DNA of 64,000 nt from Eledone cirrhosa. Lineage: Eukaryota. The stretch covers positions 120,528,001 through 120,592,000 of the forward strand of contig OZ024744.1 of assembly GCA_964016885.1 (NCBI GenBank). Direction: 5' to 3'. The position numbers were made by a program, and so were the translations under genes. The notes beneath the pieces were generated by a model that saw only the letters and a list, made by a program, of their open reading frames with translations, was not told where the DNA came from and did no database searches. This document shows positions 1-10,140 of the stretch, piece after piece; position 1 is the stretch's first letter; every line of letters begins with the position of its first letter.

Positions 1-1899
1 ATATCTCAATTCAGAGATCCTTTCCTCAGCCATTCTAACCACATCTCATAGTATCAGAGTTGTGATCTCTCAATTCAGAGATTCTTTCCTGAGACATTCT
101 AACCACATGTCATAGTATCAGAGCTGTGATCTCTCAATTCAGATATTCTTTCCTGAGACATTCTAACCACATGTCCTAGGATCAGATTTGTGATCTCTCA
201 ATTCAGAGATTCTTTCCTGAGATATTCTAACCACATGTCATAGTATCAGAGCTGTGATCTCTCAATTCAGAGATTCATTCCTGAGACATTCTAACCACAT
301 GTCACAGTATCAGAGCTGTGATCTCTCAATTCAGAGATTCTTTCCTCAGCCATTCTAACCACATCTCATAGTATCAGAGCTGTGATCTCTCAATTCAGAG
401 ATTCTTTCCTGAGACATTCTAACCACATGTCATAGTATCAGAGCTGTGATCTCTCAATTCAGATATTCTTTCCTGAGACATTCTAACCACATGTCATAGG
501 ATCAGACTTGTGATCTCTCAATTCAGAGATTCTTTCCTGAGATATTCTAACCACATGTCATAGTATCAGAGCTGTGATCTCTCAATTCAGAGATTCTTTC
601 CTGAGACATTCTAACCACATGTCACAGTATCAGAGATGTGATCTCTCAATTCAGAGATTCTTTCCTGAGACATTCTAACAACATGTCATAGTATTAGAGC
701 TGGGATCTCTCAATTCAGAGATTATTACCTGAGACATTCTAACCGCATGTCATAGTATCAGAGCTGTGATCTCTCAATTCAGAGATTCTTTCCTGAGACA
801 TTCTAACCACAAGTCATAGTAACAGAGCTGTGATATCTCAATTGAGAGATTCTTTCCTGAGATATGTTAACCACATATCATATTATCAGAGCTGTCATCT
901 CTCAATTCAGAGATTCTTTCCTGAGACGTTCTAACCACATGTCATAATATCAGAGCTATGATCTCTCAATTCAGAGATTCTTTCCTGAAACATTCTAACC
1001 ACATATCTGTAGTTTCAGATCTGTGATCTCTCAATTCAGAGATTCTTTCCTGAGATATTCTAACCACATGTCATAGTATCAGAGCTGTGATCTCTCAATT
1101 CAGAGATTCTTTCCTGAGACATTCTAACCACATGTCACAGTATCAGAGATGTGATCTCTCAATTCAGAGATTCTTTCCTCAGACATTCTAACCACATCTC
1201 ATAGTATCAGAGCTGTGATCTCTCAATTCAGAGATTCTTTCCTGACACATTCTAACCACATGTCATAGTATCAGAGCTGTGATCTCTCAATTCAGATATT
1301 ATTTCCTGAGACATTCTAACCACATGTCATAGTATCAGAGCTGTGATATCTCAATTCAGAGATTCTTTCCTGAGACATTCTAACCACATGTCTGTAGTAT
1401 CAGAGCAGTATGCTCTCAATTCAGAGATTCTTTCCTGCGACATTTTAACTACATGTCATAGTATCGGAGCTGTCATCTCTCAATTCAGAGATTCTTTCCT
1501 GAGACATTCTAACCACATGTCATAGTATCAGTGCTGTGATCTCTCAATTCAGAGATTCTTTCTTGAGACATTCTAACCACATGTCACAGTATCAGAGGTG
1601 TGATCTCTCAATTCAGAGATTCTTTCCTCTGCCATTCTTACCACATCTCATAGTATCAGAGCTGTGATCTCTCAATTCAGAGATTCTTTCCTGAGACATT
1701 CTAACCACATGTCATAGTATCAGATCTGTGATCTCTCAATTCAGATATTCTTTCCTGAGACATTCTAACCACATGTCACAGTATCAGAGCTGTGATCTCT
1801 CAATTCAGAGATTCTTTCCTCAGACATTCTAACCACATCTCATAGTATCAGAGCTGTGATCTCTCAATTCAGAGATTCTTTCCTGAGACATTCTAACCA

Positions 1900-4800
1900 C
1901 ATGTCATAGTATCAGAGCTGTGATCTCTCAATTCAGATATTCTTTCCTGAGACATTCTAACCACATGTCATAGGATCAGAGTTGTGATCTCTCAATTCAG
2001 AGATTCTTTCCTGAGATATTCTAACCACATGTCATAATATCAGAGCTGTGATCTCTCAATTCAGAGATTCTTTCCTGAGACATTCTAACCACATGTCACA
2101 GTATCAGAGCTGTGATCTCTCAATTCAGAGATTCTTTCTTCTGCCATTCTTACCACATCTCATAGTATCAGAGCTGTGATCTCTCAATTCAGAGATTCTT
2201 TCCTGAGACATTCTAACCACATGTCATAGTATCAGAGCTGTGATCTCTCAATTCAGATATTCTTTCCTGAGACATTCTAACCACATGTCATAGGATCAGA
2301 GTTGTGATCTCTTAATTCAGAGATTCTTTCCTGAGATATTCTAACCACATGTCATAGTATCAGAGCTGTGATCTCTCAATTCAGAGATTCTTTCCTGAGA
2401 CATTCTAACCACATGTCACAGTATCAGAGATGTGATCTCTCAATTCAGAGATTCTTTCCTCAGACATTCTAACCACATCTCATAGTATCAGAGCTGTGAT
2501 CTCTCAATTCAGAGATTCTTTCCTGAGACATTCTAACCACATGTCATAGTATCAGAGCTGTGATCTCTCAATTCAGATATTATTTCCTGAGACATTCTAA
2601 CCACATGTCATAGGATCAGAGTTGTGATCTCTCAATTCAGAGATTCTTTCCTGAGATATTCTAACCACATGTCATAGTATCAGAGCTGTGATCTCTCAAT
2701 TCAGAGATTCTTTCCTGAGACATTCTAACCACATGTCATAGTATTAGAGCTGGGATCTCTCAATTCAGAGATTATTTCCTGAGACATTCTAACCACATGT
2801 CATAGTATCAGAGCTGTGATCTCTCAATTCAGAGATTCTTTCCTGAGACATTCTAACCACAAGTCATAGTATCAGAGCTGTGATATCTCAATTGAGAGAT
2901 TCTTTCCTGAGATATGTTAACCACATATCATATTATCAGAGCTGTCATCTCTCAATTCAGAGATTCTTTCCTGAGACGTTCTAACCACATGTCATAATAT
3001 CAGAGCTATGATCTCTCAATTCAGAGATTCTTTCCTGATACATTCTAACCACATGTCATAGTATCAGAGCTGTGATCTCTCAATTCAGAGATTCTTTCCT
3101 GAGACATTCTAACCACATGTCATAGTATCAGTGCTGTGATCTCTCATTTCAGAGATTCTTTCCTGAGATATTCTAACCACATGTCATAGTATCAGAACTG
3201 TGATCTCTCAATTCAGAGATTCTTTCCTCAGCCATTCTAACCACATCTCATAGTATCAGAGATGTGATCTCTCAATTCAGAGATTCTTTCCTGAGACATT
3301 CTAACCACATGTCATAGTATCAGATCTGTGATCTCTCAATTCAGAGATTCTTTCTTGAGACATTCTAACTCCATGTCCACAGTATCAGACCTGTGAACTC
3401 TCAATTCAGAGATTCTTTCCTGAGACATTCTAACCACATGTCATAGTATCAGAGCTGTGATCTCTCAATTCAGAGATTCTTTCCTGAGACATTCTAACCA
3501 CATGTCACAGTATCAGAGCTGTGATCTCTCAATTCAGAGATTCTTTCCTGAGACATTCTAACCACATGTCATAGTATCAGAGCTGTGATCTCTCAATTCA
3601 GAGATTCTTTCCTGAGACATTCTAAACACATGTCATAGTATCAGAGCTGTGATCTCTCAAGTCAGATATTCTTTCCTGAGACATTCTAACCACATGTCAT
3701 AGGATCAGAGTTGTGATCTCTCAATTCAGAGATTCTTTCCTGAGATATTCTAACAACATGTCATAGTATCAGAGCTGTGATCTCTCAATTCAGAGATTCT
3801 TTCCTGAGACATTCTAACCACATGTCACAGTATCAGAGATGTGATCTCTCAATTCAGAGATTCTTTCCTGAGACATTCTAACCACATGTCATAGTATTAG
3901 AGCTGGGATCTCTCAATTCAGAGATTATTACCTGAGACATTCTAACCACATGTCATAGTATCAGAGCTGTGATCTCTCAATTCAGATATTATTTCCTGAG
4001 ACATTCTAACCACATGTCATAGTATCAGAGCTGTGATCTCTCAATTCAGATATTCTTTCCTGAGACATTCTAACCACATGTCATAGGATCAGAGTTGTGA
4101 TCTCTCAATTCAGAGATTCTTTCCTGAGATATTCTAACCACATGTCATAATATCAGAGCTGTGATCTCTCAATTCAGAGATTCTTTCCTGGGACATTCTA
4201 ACCACATGTCACAGTATCAGAGCTGTGATCTCTCAATTCAGAGATTCTTTCCTCTGCCATTCTTACCACATCTCATAGTATCAGAGCTGCGATCTCTCAA
4301 TTCAGATATTCTTTCCTGAGACATTCTAACCACATGTCATAGGATCAGAGTTGTGATCTCTTAATTCAGAGATTCTTTCCTGAGATATTCTAACCACATG
4401 TCATAGTATCAGAGCTGTGATCTCTCAATTCAGAGATTCTTTCCTGAGACATTCTAACCACATGTCACAGTATCAGAGATGTGATCTCTCAATTCAGAGA
4501 TTCTTTCCTCAGACATTCTAACCACATCTCATAGTATCAGAGCTGTGATCTCTCAATTCAGAGATTCTTTCCTGAGACATTCTAACCACATGTCATAGTA
4601 TCAGAGCTGTGATCTCTCAATTCAGATATTATTTCCTGAGACATTCTAACCACATGTCATAGGATCAGAGTTGTGATCTCTCAATTCAGAGATTCTTTCC
4701 TGAGATATTCTAACCACATGTCATAGTATCAGAGCTGTGATCTCTCAATTCAGAGATTCTTTCCTGAGACATTCTAACCACATGTCATAGTATTAGAGCT

Positions 4801-6010
4801 GGGATCTCTCAATTCAGAGATTATTTCCTGAGACATTCTAACCACATGTCATAGTATCAGAGCTGTGATCTCTCAATTCAGAGATTCTTTCCTGAGACAT
4901 TCTAACCACAAGTCATAGTATCAGAGCTGTGATATCTCAATTGAGAGATTCTTTCCTGAGATATGTTAACCACATATCATATTATCAGAGCTGTCATCTC
5001 TCAATTCAGAGATTCTTTCCTGAGACGTTCTAACCACATGTCATAATATCAGAGCTATGATCTCTCAATTCAGAGATTCTTTCCTGATACATTCTAACCA
5101 CATGTCATAGTATCAGAGCTGTGATCTCTCAATTCAGAGATTCTTTCCTGAGACATTCTAACCACATGTCATAGTATCAGTGCTGTGATCTCTCATTTCA
5201 GAGATTCTTTCCTGAGATATTCTAACCACATGTCATAGTATCAGAACTGTGATCTCTCAATTCAGAGATTCTTTCCTCAGCCATTCTAACCACATCTCAT
5301 AGTATCAGAGCTGTGATCTCTCAATTCAGAGATTCTTTCCTGAGACATTCTAACCACATGTCATAGTATCAGATCTGTGATCTCTCAATTCAGAGATTCT
5401 TTCTTGAGACATTCTAACTCCATGTCCACAGTATCAGACCTGTGAACTCTCAATTCAGAGATTCTTTCCTGAGACATTCTAACCACATGTCATAGTATCA
5501 GAGCTGTGATCTCTCAATTCAGAGATTCTTTCCTGAGACATTCTAACCACATGTCACAGTATCAGAGCTGTGATCTCTCAATTCAGAGATTCTTTCCTGA
5601 GACATTCTAACCACATGTCATAGTATCAGAGCTGTGATCTCTCAATTCAGAGATTCTTTCCTGAGACATTCTAACCACATGTCATAGTATCAGAGCTGTG
5701 ATCTCTCAAGTCAGATATTCTTTCCTGAGACATTCTAACCACATGTCATAGAATCAGAGTTGTGATCTCTCAATTCAGAGATTCTTTCCTGAGATATTCT
5801 AACCACATGTCATAGTATCAGAGCTGTGATCTCTCAATTCAGAGATTCTTTCCTGAGACATTCTAACCACATGTCACAGTATCAGAGATGTGATCTCTCA
5901 ATTCAGAGATTCTTTCCTGAGACATTCTAACCACATGTCATAGTATTAGAGCTGGGATCTCTCAATTCAGAGATTATTACCTGAGACATTCTAACCACAT
6001 GTCATAGTAT
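1900..6010. repeat. Tandem duplication of a ~2049-bp block (32 monomers)
   Basis: Rare variants repeat at offset 2049: cttaattcag 2311/4360, gatatgtt 2911/4960, ctctcatttc 3141/5190, caagtcagatatt with g at 3661/5710. The offset is 2113 (one monomer more) upstream: ctgccattct 2141/4254. Confidence 0.9.
2487..2550. other. Representative consensus monomer with three dyad symmetries (potential hairpins or cruciforms)
   Basis: P1 ATCA-G-AGCT-G-TGAT 2487-2500; P2 ATCTCT-C-AATT-C-AGAGAT 2499-2516; P3 GACAT-tctaaccac-ATGTC 2527-2545. Confidence 0.9.
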
Positions 6011-6929
6011 CAGAGCTGTGATCTCTCAATTCAGAGATTCTTTCCTGAGACGTTCTAACCACATGTCATAATATCAGAGCTATGATCTCTCAATTCAGAG
6101 ATTCTTTCCTGAAACATTCTAACCACATATCTGTAGTATCAGATCTGTGATCTCTCAATTCAGAGATTCTTTCCTGATACATTCTAACCACATGTCATAG
6201 TATCAGAGCTGTGATCTCTCAATTCAGAGATTCTTTCCTGAGACATTCTAACCACATGTCATAGTATCAGTGCTGTGATCTCTCAATTCAGAGATTCTTT
6301 CCTGAGATATTCTAACCACATGTCATAGTATCAGAACTGTGATCTCTCAATTCAGAGATTCTTTCCTCAGCCATTCTAACCACATCTCATAGTATCAGAG
6401 CTGTGATCTCTCAATTCAGAGATTCTTTCCTGAGAAATTCTAACCACATATCTGTAGTATCAGAGCTGTGATCTCTCAATTCAGAGATTATTTCCTGAGA
6501 CATTCTAACTCCATGTCCACAGTATCAGAGCTGTGATCTCTCAATTCAGAGATTCTTTCCAGAGATGTTCTAACCACATGTCATAGTATCAGTGCTGTGA
6601 TCTCTCAATTCAGAGATTCTTTCCTGGGATATTCTAACCACATGTCATAGTATCAGAGCTGTGATCTCTCAATTCAGATATTCTTTCCTGAGACATTTTA
6701 ACCACATGTCATACGATTAGATTTGTGATCTCTCAATTCAGAGATTCTTTCCTGGGACATTCTAACCACATGTCATAGTATTAGAGCTGTGATCTCTCAA
6801 TTCAGAGATTCTTTCCTGAGACATTCTAACCACATGTCACAGTATCAGAGCTGTGATCTCTCAATTCAGAGATTCTTTCCTCAGACATTCTAACCACATC
6901 TCATAGTATCAGAGCTGTGATCTCTCAAT

Positions 6930-9900
6930 TCAGATATTCTTTCTTGAGACATTATAACCACATGTCATAGGATCAGAGTTGTGATCTCTCAATTCAGAGA
7001 TTCTTTCCTGAGATATTCTAACCACATGTCATAGTATCAGAGCTGTGATCTCTCAATTCAGAGATTCTTTCCTGAGACATTCTAACCACATGTCATAGTA
7101 TTAGAGCTGGGATCTCTCAATTCAGACATTCTTTCCTGAGACATTCTAACCACATGTCGTAGTATCAGAGCTGTGATCCCTCAATTCAGAGATTCTTTCC
7201 TGAGACATTATAACCACAAGTCATAGTATCTGAGCTGTGATATCTCAATTGAGAGATTCTTTCCTGAGATATGTTAACCACATATCATATTATCAGAGCT
7301 GTCATCTCTCAATTCAGAGATTCTTTCCTGAGACGTTCTAACCACATGTCATAATATCAGAGCTATGATCTCTCAATTCAGAGATTCTTTCCTGAAACAT
7401 TCTAACCACATGTCTGTAGTATCACATCTGTGATCTCTCAATTCAGAGATTCTTTCCTGATACATTCTAACCACATGTCATAGTATCAGAGCTGTGATCT
7501 CTCAATTCAGAGATTCTTTCCTGAGACATTCTAACCACATGTCATAGTATCAGTGCTGTGATCTCTCAATTCAGAGATTCTTTCCTGAGATATTCTAACC
7601 ACATGTCATAGTATCAGAACTGTGATCTCTCAATTCAGAGATTCTTTCCTCAGACATTCTAACCACATCTCATATTATCAGATCTGTGAGCTCTCAATTC
7701 AGAGATTCGTTCCTGAGATATTCTAACCACATGTCATAGTATCAGATCTGTGATATCTCAATTCAGAGATTCTTTCTTGAGACATTCCAACTCCATGTCC
7801 ACATTATCAGAGCTGTGAACTCTCAATTCAGAGATTCTTTCCTGAGACATTCTAACCACATGTCATAGTATCAGAGCTGTGATCTCTCAATTCAGAGATC
7901 CATTCCTGAGACATTCTAACCACATGTCACACTATCAGAGCTGTGATGTCTCAGTTCAGAGATTCTTTCCTCAGACATTCTAACCACATCTCATAGTATC
8001 AGAGCTGTGATCTCTCAATTCAGAGATTCTTTCCTGAGACGTTCTAACCACATATCATAGTATCAGAGCTGTGATCTCTCAATTCAGATATTCTTTCCTG
8101 AGACATTCTAACCACATGTCATAGGATCAGAGTTGTGATCTCTCAATTCAGAGATTCTTTCCTGAGATATTCTAACCACATGTCATAGTATCAGAGCTGT
8201 GATCTCTCAATTCAGAGATTCTTTCCTGAGACATTCTAACCACATGTCACAGTATCAGAGATGTGATCTCTCAATTCAGAGATTCTTTCCTGAGACATTC
8301 TAACCACATGTCATAGTATTAGAGCTGGGATCTCTCAATTCAGAGATTATTACCTGAGACATTCTAACCACATGTCATAGTATCAGAGCTGTGATCTCTC
8401 AATTCAGAGATTCTTTCCTGAGACATTCTAACCGCAAGTCATATTATCAGAACTGTGATATCTCAATTGAGAGATTCTTTCCTGAGATATGTTAACCACA
8501 TATCATATTATCAGAGCTGTGATCTCTCAATTCAGAGATTCTTTCCTGAGACGTTCTAACCACATGTCATAATATCAGAGCTATGATCTCTCAATTCAGA
8601 GATTCTTTCCTGAAACATTCTAACCACATATCTGTAGTATCAGATCTGTGATCTCTCAATTCAGAGATTCTTTCCTGATACATTCTAACCACATGTCATA
8701 GTATCAGAGCTGTGATCTCTCAATTCAGAGATTCTTTCCTGAGACATTCTAACCACATGTCATAGTATCAGTGCTGTGATCTCTCAATTCAGAGATTCTT
8801 TCCTGAGATATTCTAACCACATGTCATAGTATCAGAACTGTGATCTCTCAATTCAGAGATTCTTTCCTCAGCCATTCTAACCACATCTCATAGTATCAGA
8901 GCTGTGATCTCTCAATTCAGAGATTCTTTCTTGAGACATTATAACCACATGTCATAGGATCAGAGTTGTGATCTCTCAATTCAGAGATTCTTTCCTGAGA
9001 TATTCTAACCACATGTCATAGTATCAGAGCTGTGATCTCTCAATTCAGAGATTCTTTCCTGAGACATTCTAACCACATGTCATAGTATTAGAGCTGGGAT
9101 CTCTCAATTCAGACATTCTTTCCTGAGACATTCTAACCACATGTCGTAGTATCAGAGCTGTGATCCCTCAATTCAGAGATTCTTTCCTGAGACATTCTAA
9201 CCACAAGTCATAGTATCTGAGCTGTGATATCTCAATTGAGAGATTCTTTCCTGAGATATGTTAACCACATATCATATTATCAGAGCTGTCATCTCTCAAT
9301 TCAGAGATTCTTTCCTGAGACGTTCTAACCACATGTCATAATATCAGAGCTATGATCTCTCAATTCAGAGATTCTTTCCTGAAACATTCTAACCACATGT
9401 CTGTAGTATCACATCTGTGATCTCTCAATTCAGAGATTCTTTCCTGATACATTCTAACCACATGTCATAGTATCAGAGCTGTGATCTCTCAATTCAGAGA
9501 TTCTTTCCTGAGACATTCTAACCACATGTCATAGTATCAGTGCTGTGATCTCTCAATTCAGAGATTCTTTCCTGAGATATTCTAACCACATGTCATAGTA
9601 TCAGAACTGTGATCTCTCAATTCAGAGATTCTTTCCTCAGACATTCTAACCACATCTCATATTATCAGATCTGTGAGCTCTCAATTCAGAGATTCTTTCC
9701 TGAGATATTCTAACCACATGTCATAGTATCAGATCTGTGATATCTCAATTCAGAGATTCTTTCTTGAGACATTCCAACTCCATGTCCACATTATCAGAGC
9801 TGTGAACTCTCAATTCAGAGATTCTTTCCTGAGACATTCTAACCACATGTCATAGTATCAGAGCTGTGATCTCTCAATTCACAGATCCATTCCTGAGACA

Positions 9901-10140
9901 TTCTAACCACATGTCACACTATCAGAGCTGTGATGTCTCAGTTCAGAGATTCTTTCCTCAGACATTCTAACCACATCTCATAGTATCAGAGCTGTGATCT
10001 CTCAATTCAGAGATTCTTTCCTGAGACGTTCTAACCACATATCATAGTATCAGAGCTGTGATCTCTCAATTCAGATATTCTTTCCTGAGACGTTATAACC
10101 ACATGTCATAGGATCAGAGTTGTGATCTCTCAATTCAGAG
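6930..10140. repeat. Duplicated ~1.2-kb block at offset 1987 bp (31 monomers)
   Basis: attataacc 6951/8938; cattcc of gatccattcc 7901/9888. Both copies share gatccctcaa, tatctgagc and tatcacatctg. Confidence 0.85.

Noticed and set aside
1136-1142. RAG recombination-signal-like heptamers (CACAGTA in variants; CACAGCT on the minus strand of most units)
   Set aside because: No ACAAAAACC-like nonamer at 12 or 23 bp spacing on either strand.
2517-2530. STAT/BCL6-like site in the linker TTCCTGAGA, or a CENP-B box
   Set aside because: It does not match TTCNNNGAA, and the CENP-B box needs two CpGs that the consensus lacks.
2487-2550. Origin of the monomer as a 3x21-bp trimer (TCAGAG twice, 21 bp apart; gagattct/gacattct 15 bp apart)
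   Set aside because: The three thirds do not align convincingly beyond these short words.
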